Assembly: GCA_964351055.1 (NCBI GenBank)
Contig: CAYGMX010000001.1
Location: 1 to 34,481 of the forward strand
Reading direction: 5' to 3'
Length of the DNA stretch: 34,481 nucleotides
From: an uncultured Loktanella sp.
Lineage (GTDB): Bacteria > Pseudomonadota > Alphaproteobacteria > Rhodobacterales > Rhodobacteraceae
Shown: in pieces, positions 9,657-18,878 of the stretch
How the letters are laid out: every line of letters starts with the position of its first letter
How positions within the stretch are numbered: position 1 is the stretch's first letter
Program-made: the position numbers and the translations under genes
Notes under the pieces: model-generated
Told to the model about the DNA's origin: nothing
The model's input: only the letters and a program-made list of their open reading frames with translations
Database searches by the model: none

Positions 9657-10529
9657 TTAAACGATGGTGTGGCCAGCGGCGCGGATAGTTGCGGCCAGTT
9701 TGGCGATATGGGCGGGGCCGACCTCGCAGCAGCCGCCGACGATGGTGGCCCCTTGACCGATCCAGCCCATCGCGAAATGCGCATAGGCCTCTGGCCCCAG
9801 ATCGCGGCGCGCGGTGAGGGAATCGACGGTCGGTTTATCCTTGAGGAAATCATTGGTGATCTGCGTGAACCCGTTGGCATAGGCCCCGAACGGCAGGGGG
9901 CCTCTGGCAAAAGCATCCATCGCGGCGGCCATCGCCTCGGGGGCGGCGCAATTTGCCAAAAGCGCCGATGCGCCTTTCACCACGGGCAGAATATCCGCCA
10001 CAGCCTCGCCCGAGCGCAGCTTTGTGCCGTCCTCATCATCAATCGTGATTGACAGCCAGATCGGTTTGCCTGTCGGCAAGGCTGCCGCCATCGCGGCGCG
10101 TGCATGGGCGACAGAGGCGACCGTTTCGAAAACAATCAGATCGACATGCGGCGCCAGTAGCTGCGCGATTTCCGCATAAAGCGGCACAGACACGTCATGG
10201 GCGGGGTGAATATCGGGGCGGTAGGACGCGATCAGCGGCCCGATTGATCCCGCGATCCGGCCTGTGCCCTGCGCTTCGCGGATCGCAGCCAGATGCAGGG
10301 CCGTGAACTGGTCCTCCAATCCGGTGCCCGCCAGCCTGTCGTGATGGATCGCATAGGTGTTGGTCGTGTGGACTGTCGCACCGGCGGCGCGGTAATCGGC
10401 ATGGACCTGCGCCACCAGCCCCGGATGGTCGATCATCACCTGGGTGGACCAAAGCGGGGTCGGGTTGTCGCCGGAGCGATGCACCAGTTCCTGTCCCATA
10501 CCGCCATCGAGAAGGGTAATATCCGTCAT
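9657..10529 (-). CDS. Homocysteine S-methyltransferase family protein (BHMT/MmuM-like)
   Basis: LLDGGMGQEL, AGSIGP, FETV motifs; Zn ligands in ANC and VGGCCEVGP. Confidence 0.9.
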   Translation of the reverse strand: MTDITLLDGGMGQELVHRSGDNPTPLWSTQVMIDHPGLVAQVHADYRAAGATVHTTNTYAIHHDRLAGTGLEDQFTALHLAAIREAQGTGRIAGSIGPLIASYRPDIHPAHDVSVPLYAEIAQLLAPHVDLIVFETVASVAHARAAMAAALPTGKPIWLSITIDDEDGTKLRSGEAVADILPVVKGASALLANCAAPEAMAAAMDAFARGPLPFGAYANGFTQITNDFLKDKPTVDSLTARRDLGPEAYAHFAMGWIGQGATIVGGCCEVGPAHIAKLAATIRAAGHTIV

Positions 10530-10580
10530 GGATAAGGCTCCGAAAATATCAGTGTTATGTTGTGGGTCGCGCCTGTTGTC

Positions 10581-13049
10581 TCAGGCGCGAATGCGTTCGT
10601 TTTCGGGGTCCCAAAGCGGTTGGTCGTCGTGCACGGTGGCGGCAAAGCGTTCGCCGTAGATATCCACCTCGACCTGCGTGCCCGCTACCGCCAGATCGGT
10701 CCGCAGCATTCCCAGCGCGATGGATTTATCGACGCGGTAGCCCCATCCACCGGATGTGGTTTCGCCCACAACCGTATCGCCTGCCCAGATCGTGGACATG
10801 TAAGGCGCGTCAGCCGCGCCGGGTGCATCAAGGGTCAGCGTCACGAACCGCTTGGTCACGCCGGATTGCCTTTCCGACAAAAGCGCCGCCTTGCCGGGGA
10901 AATCTTGCGGTTTGTCGAATTTGATGAACCGGTCCAGCCCGCCCTGTAGCATCGAATAATCCGTGCTCAGATCGCCCTTCCACGCGCGGTAGCCTTTTTC
11001 CAACCGCAGCGCATTCAGGGCATACATGCCGAAAGGTTTCAGACCGAAAGGCGCGCCCGCCTCCATCACGGCGTCAAAGACGGTGGGGGTATCGGCCACT
11101 TTGGAGTGGATTTCCCAGCCCAGTTCGCCTGCGAATGACACGCGCACCAGTTGCACCCATGTGCCTGCGATCTGGGCAGATTGATGGGTCAGCCAGCCCT
11201 GATCAAGATCGGCATCCGAACAGGCGGCAAGAACGTCGCGGGACAGCGGCCCTGTCAGAATCTGGCAGCTGAAATCGGTGGTGACATCCGTAAGCGTGAA
11301 CGGTGGATTGGCTGGCAGATGGCTTTGAAGCCATGCAAGATCGTGCCATTGCGCCGTTGCGGCGGTGATCAGGAAAAAGCTGTCGTCATCCAGCCGCAGT
11401 GCCGACATTTCCGTCTGGATGCGGCCTCTGTCGTCTGCAAAGTAAAGCAGCCCGATCCGGCCAACCTTGGGAATGCCACCCGTGCAAAGGCCGCGCAGGA
11501 ATTCCGCAGCCCCCGGACCGGCCAGTTTATAGCGCGAAAAACCGGGCAGATCGAGGATGCCTGCCGTGTCGCGCACCGCCTCGCATTCCTCTTTTACACG
11601 CGGTTGCCATGGGCCGGTGCGTTCCCATGTTTCGGTTGCTTCCAGCGATGTGTCATCGCCCGCCTGCGCGTACCAGTTGGCGCGCTCCCAGCCGTTATAG
11701 GCCCCCATCTGCCCGCCCAGCGCCTTGATCCTGTCATGGACCGGCGACAGTTTCTTGTCGCGTCCCGCAGGCCAGGATTTATGCGGGAAATGCATCCCGT
11801 ATTCATGGCCGTAGGTCTCCACTGCCTTGGCATGGCAATAGTCCTGATCGGTGTAATCGGTATAGCGGCGCGGATCGCACGACCACATATCCCATTCGGT
11901 CTGGCCATCGACGATCCATTCGGCGGCCACCTTGCCTGCACCGCCGCCTTGGGTGATGCCAAAGGTAAACACGCAAGCCTCGAAGGCGTTTTTCACGCCG
12001 GGCATCGGCCCAAGCAGGGGCAGCCCGTCAGGGGCATAGGGGATCGGGCCGTTGATCACGCGGCCCACACCGGCTGTACCAAGGATCGGCACGCGCGCCA
12101 TTGCGTCCTCGATATACCATTCCAGCCGCTCCAGATCGTCGGGGTATAGCTGGAAGCTGAAATCATCGGGCAGCGGATCATCCGGCGTGACCCAATGGGC
12201 CTTGCAGTTGCGCTCGTAGGGGCCGAGGTTCAGCCCGTTTTTGTCCTGCCGCAGGTAATAGCTGCTGTCCACATCGCGCAAGAGCGGGACCTTGTGGCCG
12301 TTCGCCTCTGTCCATGCTTTGAGTTCGGGGATTTCCTCGGTCAGGAAATACTGGTGGGACATCGTCACCATCGGCACAGTGCGCCCGCCATAGGGTTTGA
12401 ACCATTCGCCAACGCGCTGGGCATAGTATCCGGCGGAGTTGACCACTTTCTCGCAAGCGATATCGCCTTTTTCAGTATGGACGATCCAGCTACCGTCAGG
12501 TTGCTGTGTGACACCTGTTGCCCCGCAGAACCTTTCGATCCGTGCCCCCATCTGACGGGCCCCTTTGGCCAAGGCCTGGGTCAACTGCGCAGGGTCGATG
12601 TCGCCGTCATCGGGATCATAAAGCGCGCCTTGCAGATCATGGGTTTCCAGAAAGGGATATTTTTCCTGCGCTTCATCCGGCGTCATCAGCGCCAGCGACA
12701 GCCCTTGATAATTCCCCATGCCCATGGCGCGGGCAAATTCCTGCATCCGTTCTTTCGAGTGCGCCAGCCGGATGGAACCGGTGACGTGGTAGTTCATCGG
12801 ATAATCGACCTCGGCGGCCAATCCCTTGTAGAGGCCCAGCGAATAGCGCTGCATGTTCATCACAGCCCAAGAGGTGCTGAACGAGGGGCAGTTGCCGGCA
12901 GCATGCCAAGTGGACCCTGCGGTCAGTTCGTTCTTTTCCAGCAAGACGCAGTCGGTCCAGCCCTTCTTGGCAAGGTGATACAGGGTCGAGACACCGACCA
13001 CACCACCGCCGATAATGACCACGCGGGCCGATGTTGGAAAATCGCTCAT
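10581..13049 (-). CDS. FAD-dependent oxidoreductase with GcvT domain, dimethylglycine dehydrogenase-like
   Basis: IIGGGVVG, ELTAGSTWHAAG, NGPIPYAPD, GWERAN, RVSFAGELGWE and LRLEKGYRAW motifs. Confidence 0.9.
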   Translation of the reverse strand: MSDFPTSARVVIIGGGVVGVSTLYHLAKKGWTDCVLLEKNELTAGSTWHAAGNCPSFSTSWAVMNMQRYSLGLYKGLAAEVDYPMNYHVTGSIRLAHSKERMQEFARAMGMGNYQGLSLALMTPDEAQEKYPFLETHDLQGALYDPDDGDIDPAQLTQALAKGARQMGARIERFCGATGVTQQPDGSWIVHTEKGDIACEKVVNSAGYYAQRVGEWFKPYGGRTVPMVTMSHQYFLTEEIPELKAWTEANGHKVPLLRDVDSSYYLRQDKNGLNLGPYERNCKAHWVTPDDPLPDDFSFQLYPDDLERLEWYIEDAMARVPILGTAGVGRVINGPIPYAPDGLPLLGPMPGVKNAFEACVFTFGITQGGGAGKVAAEWIVDGQTEWDMWSCDPRRYTDYTDQDYCHAKAVETYGHEYGMHFPHKSWPAGRDKKLSPVHDRIKALGGQMGAYNGWERANWYAQAGDDTSLEATETWERTGPWQPRVKEECEAVRDTAGILDLPGFSRYKLAGPGAAEFLRGLCTGGIPKVGRIGLLYFADDRGRIQTEMSALRLDDDSFFLITAATAQWHDLAWLQSHLPANPPFTLTDVTTDFSCQILTGPLSRDVLAACSDADLDQGWLTHQSAQIAGTWVQLVRVSFAGELGWEIHSKVADTPTVFDAVMEAGAPFGLKPFGMYALNALRLEKGYRAWKGDLSTDYSMLQGGLDRFIKFDKPQDFPGKAALLSERQSGVTKRFVTLTLDAPGAADAPYMSTIWAGDTVVGETTSGGWGYRVDKSIALGMLRTDLAVAGTQVEVDIYGERFAATVHDDQPLWDPENERIRA

Positions 13050-13429
13050 GATTCTTGTGCCTCCTGCGGGACCCCGTCCGTAATGTCGTAATAATCGCCC
13101 TTGTCGGCGGTGAAGATATGGCGCTCGAGCCGCAGGCCGGTCGCCCCGTCCAAGGCCCCGAGCGCGATCCCTGTGTCGGGGTCGGCATGGCCTTTCCAGA
13201 ACAGGAAAGACCCGCAGACAGGGCAGAACCCGCGTTTGGCTATGGGGCTGGCTTCGTACCAGCAGACCTCGCCCGTTACGGTCAGCGCGTCATCAGGCAC
13301 TTGCATCGCGGCCCAATAGTGCCCTGACTGCTTGCGGCACTGCCCGCAATGGCAAGCGGCGGGGTCTTTTGCCGCACCTGTGGCGGTAAAGGTAACGGCA
13401 CCACACAGACAGCTTCCTTTGTACATCAT
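13046..13429 (-). CDS. GFA (glutathione-dependent formaldehyde-activating)/CENP-V family protein
   Basis: Zn-binding Cys pattern GSCLCGAV, CHCGQCRK, FCPVCGS; ATGA overlap with the downstream dehydrogenase. Confidence 0.9.
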   Translation of the reverse strand: MMYKGSCLCGAVTFTATGAAKDPAACHCGQCRKQSGHYWAAMQVPDDALTVTGEVCWYEASPIAKRGFCPVCGSFLFWKGHADPDTGIALGALDGATGLRLERHIFTADKGDYYDITDGVPQEAQES

Positions 13430-13433
13430 ACCC

Positions 13434-14024
13434 TCAATAAATCGGCGGCGAGATCACCCAGATGATCTCGCAGGGGGTGTCGTAAGGGTTGGACCACTGG
13501 AAGGGTTCGCCGCGCAGACGGAAACTGTCGCCGGCAGAGAGTTTGAATTGCCTTTCGCCCACTGTCAGGTCAAATCGGCCCGTGACAATGTAGCAGACCT
13601 CTTGGGTAGGGCGGCTTTGCGGTTCCGTGGTTTTTGATCCGGGCGCAAAGGTGGAATGGATCACTTCGAAATCATCGGTCAGGTCTGGCGACAAAAGCGC
13701 CTCGGTCAGTCCCTTTGTCCGGCTGCCGATCGGGCGGCGGGCATTCGCGCGCACGATCACGCCCTCTTCGTCGGGGGCGGCTCCCACCTGCAAGAAGCTG
13801 GAGACAGAGACATCCAGAAGTTCTGCCATCCGCCCCAAATCGGCAAAAGCGGGATGCGATTTGTCGCGTTCGACCTGACTGAGCCAGCCCACAGACCGGT
13901 CGAGCGCATCGGCCATATCCACCAACGTCATGCCGCGCGCCTTTCGCAGGGCGCGGATATCAGCGCCCAGCGTCGGTACTGTAACCGGATTATCCAAGAG
14001 ACTCAGGTCGTGAAAAATTCCCAT
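13434..14024 (-). CDS. XRE-family HTH transcriptional regulator with C-terminal cupin domain
   Basis: LGADIRALRKARGMTL..SVGWLSQVER HTH; cupin EVCYIVTG..L.AGDSF..W.NP..WVISPP. Confidence 0.92.
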   Translation of the reverse strand: MGIFHDLSLLDNPVTVPTLGADIRALRKARGMTLVDMADALDRSVGWLSQVERDKSHPAFADLGRMAELLDVSVSSFLQVGAAPDEEGVIVRANARRPIGSRTKGLTEALLSPDLTDDFEVIHSTFAPGSKTTEPQSRPTQEVCYIVTGRFDLTVGERQFKLSAGDSFRLRGEPFQWSNPYDTPCEIIWVISPPIY

Positions 14025-14059
14025 GAAATTTCATAGCAGGGGAATCTTCGCCCTGACAA
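14010..14059 (-). promoter_or_regulatory. Putative promoter and palindromic operator of the XRE-cupin operon
   Basis: Minus strand reads TTGTCA (14059-14054), 18-bp spacer, TATGAA (14035-14030). Perfect palindrome ATGAAATTTCAT at 14023-14034 and a related GTGAAAAATTC at 14010-14020. Confidence 0.55.
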
Positions 14060-14073
14060 ACGGTTTCTTTAAC

Positions 14074-14529
14074 CTAGCGTGCGAAAACCTGATGCAGGAT
14101 GGTTTGCAGCCCCACGACATCATCTTGGGTAAAGATATCAGGCTGGTCGCTGTCGATATCGAAAACGCCGATCAACGCACCCGCGCTGTCGTGAACCGGC
14201 AGCACCAGTTCCGATTTCGTGCTGCTGGCGCAGGCGATATGTCCGGGAAAGGCTTCGACATCGGGCACCAGTTGCACCTGCCCTGTGTGCGCCGCAGCGC
14301 CGCAGACGCCGCGCGAAAACGGGATGACTAGGCAACCGTGCCCGCCCTGATAGGGGCCGATTTTCAGTAGTTCGGGTTCTGTCACCCGATAAAATCCGGT
14401 CCAGTCGAAACGGTCATCGCTGTGATGCACCTCGCAGGCGACGGTCGCCATCAGTGCAACCGGATCGGTTTCGCCTTCGGTCAGGGACGCGATTGTTCTT
14501 TGCAGGGTGTCGTAGTCCACGCGCATCAC
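14074..14529 (-). CDS. msrC: GAF-domain protein, free methionine-(R)-sulfoxide reductase (fRMsr) type
   Basis: DWTGFY, IGPYQGGHGC, GVCGAAA, FPGHIAC, SELVLP and DIDS motifs typical of fRMsr. Confidence 0.8.
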   Translation of the reverse strand: MMRVDYDTLQRTIASLTEGETDPVALMATVACEVHHSDDRFDWTGFYRVTEPELLKIGPYQGGHGCLVIPFSRGVCGAAAHTGQVQLVPDVEAFPGHIACASSTKSELVLPVHDSAGALIGVFDIDSDQPDIFTQDDVVGLQTILHQVFAR

Positions 14530-15575
14530 GGGGTCCTTTGGTCGTCTTGGGGAACGGTCAGTACGATCTTGCCGATATAGTCTTTTTGGGCAAAGGCCAC
14601 CTGTGCCGCTCCGATTTCGTTTAGCGGATACACGGCAGAGACCAAAGGCCGGATCGCACCGGTTTCGATCCGTTTGACCAGATTGCCAAAGACGCCGGGT
14701 TCCAGAACGGTGCAGCCGAAAAAGCGCAGGTCCTTGAGGTAAAGCGTGCGCAGATCAAGTTCGACCAATGGCCCGCCCACGGCCCCCGATACCGCATAGC
14801 GCCCCTTTGGGCGCAGCACGTCAAGCAAGCTTGGCCATTTGGCACCACCAACCAGATCAACCACCACATCGACAGTGTTGGCACCAAGCGCTGCTGTATA
14901 GTCCAGATGGCGGCTGATAGTCCGGTCTGCCCCCAGATCACGCAGGGCTTGCGCCTTGCTGTCGCTGGTCACGGCTATCACCTGCGCCCCCCGCGCCTTG
15001 GCAAGCTGGATCGCGGCTGAGCCAACACCACCCGAAGCACCAGTGACAAGGACAGTATCGCCAGCGATCACACTTGCGCGGGTCAGGATGTTTTCCGCCG
15101 TTGAATAGGAACAGGGGAAAGACGCAAGGTCGATATCGCTTAAAGTGCTGTCAATGGCATAGGCATGGCGTGCGGCAACAGCGCAGTATTGCGCAAAGCC
15201 GCCATCGCATTCAGACCCCAGAAACCACGGCGGATCGCGCATTTCTCCGCCAGCCTCGGTCAAGCAGGGTTCGACCAGCACCCGTTCACCGATCCGCGTT
15301 GGATCAACGCCTGCGCCCACCCCCACGATATGCCCGCAGATATCAATGCCCTGAATGCGCGGCAGTTGCAGCGCCGCACCGGTCCACCCCGCATCGGCGG
15401 CATCGTTGTCGCCTTTGGAATACCAGCCGACACGCGTGTTGATATCGGTGTTGTTCACCCCCGCTGCCGCCACGCGGATCAGCACCTCGCCTGCCAAGGG
15501 GTCAGGTTTCGCCAAGTCCTCGCGCCAGACAAGGCAGTCCGGCCCCCCGTGCCCCACCAGTGCAACGCCGCGCAT
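14526..15575 (-). CDS. MDR-family alcohol dehydrogenase / quinone oxidoreductase
   Basis: GVNNTD, PRIQGID, DGGFAQY, VLVTGASGGVG and GKIVL motifs. Start set at ATG 15575, which overlaps the thiolase stop, rather than the longer ORF start. Confidence 0.85.
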   Translation of the reverse strand: MRGVALVGHGGPDCLVWREDLAKPDPLAGEVLIRVAAAGVNNTDINTRVGWYSKGDNDAADAGWTGAALQLPRIQGIDICGHIVGVGAGVDPTRIGERVLVEPCLTEAGGEMRDPPWFLGSECDGGFAQYCAVAARHAYAIDSTLSDIDLASFPCSYSTAENILTRASVIAGDTVLVTGASGGVGSAAIQLAKARGAQVIAVTSDSKAQALRDLGADRTISRHLDYTAALGANTVDVVVDLVGGAKWPSLLDVLRPKGRYAVSGAVGGPLVELDLRTLYLKDLRFFGCTVLEPGVFGNLVKRIETGAIRPLVSAVYPLNEIGAAQVAFAQKDYIGKIVLTVPQDDQRTP

Positions 15576-16735
15576 CAGGGCCGCTCGATCGCGATTGCGG
15601 TGCCTTCGCCGCCGCCGATACAAATCGCAGCAACGCCGCGTTTCAGCCCCCGCATTTCAAGGGCATGCAACAAGGTCACGATGATCCGCGCACCCGATGC
15701 GCCAATCGGATGGCCAAGCGCGCAGGCCCCGCCGTTCACGTTCATCCGCTCCCGCGGGATGCCCATTTTGCGCATAAAGGCCATGGGCACCACGGCAAAG
15801 GCTTCATTCACTTCCCACAGATCCACGTCATCCACCGACCAGCCGATCCGCGCCAGCAGCTTTTGCGCGGCAGGTACGGGTGCTGTGGTAAACCATCCGG
15901 GCGCTTGGGCGTGGCTGGCGTGACCCAGCACCGTGGCGCGCCCCGGTCCGGCAGTGGCAGCATCGGCCAGCACAAGGGCTGCGGCCCCGTCGGAAATGCT
16001 TGATGCGTTGGCAGCCGTCACTGTGCCGCCCTCGCGGAAGGCGGGTTTGAGGGTCGGGATCTTCTCGGGTCGCGCCTTGGCGGGCTGCTCATCGGCAAGG
16101 ACCACAGTTTGCCCCGCGCGGCTGTGCAGGGTCACTGGCGCGATCTCGGCAGTGAAAGCCCCGCTGTCCTGCGCGGCTAAGGCATGTGACAGCGACCCTA
16201 GTGCATAGTCATCCTGTGCCGCGCGGCTGAACTGGAACTTTTCGGCGCAATCCTCTGCGAAGGTGCCCATCAGACGGCCCTTGTCATAGGCGTCTTCGAG
16301 ACCGTCCAGAAACATGCTGTCCTGTACGGCACCATGGCCGAGACGGGCGCCGCCGCGCATCTTGGGCAAGAGGTAAGGGGCGTTGGTCATGCTTTCCATG
16401 CCGCCAGCGATCATCACTTGTGCGCCACCCCCTGCGATCTGGTCAAAAGCGATCATCGCGACCTTCATGCCGGACCCGCAAATTTTGTTCAGGGTCGTGG
16501 CTGGCACAGTATCATCTAGCCCCGCCAGAAATCCGGCCTGCCGTGCGGGGGCTTGCCCTTGTCCAGCTGGCAGGACGCAGCCCATCAGCACCTCGTCGAC
16601 CGTTGTGATGCCCGCGCCTGCCAGCGCGGCCCTGATCGCGGTTCCGCCAAGGGTTGGGGCATCGACATCGGCAAAAACACCCTGAAAGCCGCCCATCGCG
16701 GTGCGCGCCGCCCCAGTGATGACAACTTTTTGCAT
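15575..16735 (-). CDS. Acetyl-CoA C-acyltransferase (thiolase)
   Basis: NKICGSG (catalytic Cys), GGMESM, NASSISDGA, NEAFA, GHPIGASG and CIGGG motifs; RBS AAGGAG. Confidence 0.95.
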   Translation of the reverse strand: MQKVVITGAARTAMGGFQGVFADVDAPTLGGTAIRAALAGAGITTVDEVLMGCVLPAGQGQAPARQAGFLAGLDDTVPATTLNKICGSGMKVAMIAFDQIAGGGAQVMIAGGMESMTNAPYLLPKMRGGARLGHGAVQDSMFLDGLEDAYDKGRLMGTFAEDCAEKFQFSRAAQDDYALGSLSHALAAQDSGAFTAEIAPVTLHSRAGQTVVLADEQPAKARPEKIPTLKPAFREGGTVTAANASSISDGAAALVLADAATAGPGRATVLGHASHAQAPGWFTTAPVPAAQKLLARIGWSVDDVDLWEVNEAFAVVPMAFMRKMGIPRERMNVNGGACALGHPIGASGARIIVTLLHALEMRGLKRGVAAICIGGGEGTAIAIERP

Positions 16736-16878
16736 GATCGCTTTCTCCTTGGGTTCCTGACATCAGGCTACGCCTGCGCTGTCGAAAGGAAAACCCGTCT
16801 TGCGCTGGTCAGTGCGACATTGCAGAAAGGCGCGGTCGGCCTATTGTTGGCCGGACTACAGAATTTGGGGGGACGATC

Positions 16879-18453
16879 ATGCGCAATTTCCATCATCCGG
16901 GCCGGTCACCGGTCTATGCCACGAACGGCATGTGTGCCACGTCGCACCCATTGGCCGCCAAGGTCGCGGTGCAGATGCTCGAGGCAGGCGGAAACGCCAT
17001 GGATGCGGCGATTGCGGGGGCCGTGCTCTTGGGGCAGTGCGAGCCACAGATGACAGGGATCGGCGGCGATTGTTTCGTGCTCTTTACGCCACCGGGTGAA
17101 GACCGTGTCCTGGCGCTGAACGGGTCAGGCCGTGCGCCTGCGGGTATTGATGCGCAGAAACTGCGCGCCAAAGGGCCGGTGATTGCGCTTGGCTCGCCCG
17201 ATGCTGTCAGCATCCCCGGTGCGGTCGATGCGTTCTGCCGGTTGTCCAAGGATTGGGGCAAGCTTGGGCTGAAGGCTGTTCTGGCTCCAGCGATTCACTA
17301 TGCCGAAGCAGGCATTCCGGTCGCTGACCGCGTAGCCTCTGACTGGGGTAATTCGGTCGATAGCCTGTCCGGTCATGCGCGCGATGTGTTTCTTTTGGAC
17401 GGCAAAGCGCCTGCTGCGGGTCAGGTTTTCCGTGTGCCTGCTCAGGCAGAAGCCTTGCGGCGCATCGCAGCCGAAGGGCGTGCGGGCTTTTATGAAGGTG
17501 AAGTGGCCGAAGACATGGTCGCCAGCTTGCGCGCGCTGGGTGGTACCCACACGCTAGAAGATTTTGCCAATACCGCTTGCGATTATACCGACCCGATCAA
17601 GGGGGGCTATGGCGCGCTGGACCTTTACGAGCATCCGCCGAACGGGCAGGGCGCGACCGCGATTCTGCTGCTCAACATTCTCAAGCATTTCGATATCGCC
17701 GGCATGGACCCTTGGGGGTCTGAACGCGCCCATATCGAGGCAGAGGCGACTAAGCTGGCCTATGATGCGCGCAACCGGTTCCTTGCTGATCCCGAATACA
17801 TGACGCGGCTGGACCACATGACATCGCCTGATACGGCGGCGAAACTGGCGGCCCTGATCGACCCCAAAAAGGCCATGCCCGCAGGCGTGCCAGGGGCCGA
17901 GGCGGTTCATAAAGACACGATCTACATCACCGTGGTCGACAAGGACCGGATGTGTGTGTCGATGATTTACTCGGTTTTCAAGGACTTCGGTTCCGGCATC
18001 GCGTCGGATAAATTCGATATCCTCTTCCAGAACAGGGGTGCCGGTTTCACCTTGCAAGAGGGACACCCGAACGAAGTCGGACCGGGCAAGCGCCCGATGC
18101 ATACCATCATTCCGGCCATCGTGAAAAAGAACGACAAGGTAACGATGCCCTTTGGCGTGATGGGGGGGCAGTATCAATGCACCGGACATGCCCGTTTCAT
18201 GACGAATTTCACGGACTTCGGGTTAAGCCCGCAGGCGACGATTGATGCGCCCCGCTGCTTTGCCGAACAGAACATCCTCAAGGTCGAGGACGGCTATAAT
18301 GACAAGGTCAAGGCCGAGCTGGTGGCGCTGGGCCACGACGTGGTCAGGCCGGATACGGCAATCGGCGGATCACAAGCGATCCTTCTGCGCGAAGACGGCG
18401 TACTGGAAGGCGGCAGCGATCCGCGCAAAGACGGGTGCGCGCTGGGGTATTGA
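16879..18453 (+). CDS. Gamma-glutamyltransferase family (Ntn hydrolase), no signal peptide
   Basis: GGNAMDAA, GIGGD, NGSGRAP, PPNGQG, HKDT (nucleophile Thr), QNRG, KRPMHT, GVMGG and DPRKDG motifs. Confidence 0.93.
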   Translation: MRNFHHPGRSPVYATNGMCATSHPLAAKVAVQMLEAGGNAMDAAIAGAVLLGQCEPQMTGIGGDCFVLFTPPGEDRVLALNGSGRAPAGIDAQKLRAKGPVIALGSPDAVSIPGAVDAFCRLSKDWGKLGLKAVLAPAIHYAEAGIPVADRVASDWGNSVDSLSGHARDVFLLDGKAPAAGQVFRVPAQAEALRRIAAEGRAGFYEGEVAEDMVASLRALGGTHTLEDFANTACDYTDPIKGGYGALDLYEHPPNGQGATAILLLNILKHFDIAGMDPWGSERAHIEAEATKLAYDARNRFLADPEYMTRLDHMTSPDTAAKLAALIDPKKAMPAGVPGAEAVHKDTIYITVVDKDRMCVSMIYSVFKDFGSGIASDKFDILFQNRGAGFTLQEGHPNEVGPGKRPMHTIIPAIVKKNDKVTMPFGVMGGQYQCTGHARFMTNFTDFGLSPQATIDAPRCFAEQNILKVEDGYNDKVKAELVALGHDVVRPDTAIGGSQAILLREDGVLEGGSDPRKDGCALGY

Positions 18454-18878
18454 GGGGAAGCAGGCGGGTTGAGCTGGTGCAAACCCAGTGTAATCCTGAT
18501 CGTCATTCAGAAGCGACCGTACGAGGCCAAACACCCGTAGGCGGATGAAGGTTTCTATTGATCCGACCGAGAATGATCGCGACCCTGTGCTGATTTAGCG
18601 GCTGTTAGGCCACACAAAAATGGACAGCAAAGTCTGGCATCCTTGGTTTGCCATGCAGTAGGCTTTGCCAACTGCGCAAGTGATTGAAGCTTGACAAGCG
18701 AGGCAGCCTCGGGCGGTGGCCTTGCGCTGCTCTTGGCCATGAAATCGCTGGAAGCGGCATTGGATCGACAGGCCGGACCTTGGAAACATGGAAAATCCGA
18801 ACTCGGCTGTGAATCCTTCACCTACAGCTGTGGAATGCTTTTGGGCCTTCCGCCTAACCACAGGGGTGCAAAAACTGT

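Noticed and set aside
8335-9660. 441-aa antisense ORF, and similar ones at 11151-12149, 12195-13091, 21591-22481, 25930-26952 and 30277-31365
   Set aside because: They shadow well-supported genes on the opposite strand, as expected from high-GC codon bias, and show no recognisable motifs.
15576-15623. Arg-rich N-terminus (MYRRRRRHRNR) of the MDR ORF as a Tat signal
   Set aside because: It is the alternative-frame reading of the thiolase 3' end; the coupled start is ATG 15575.
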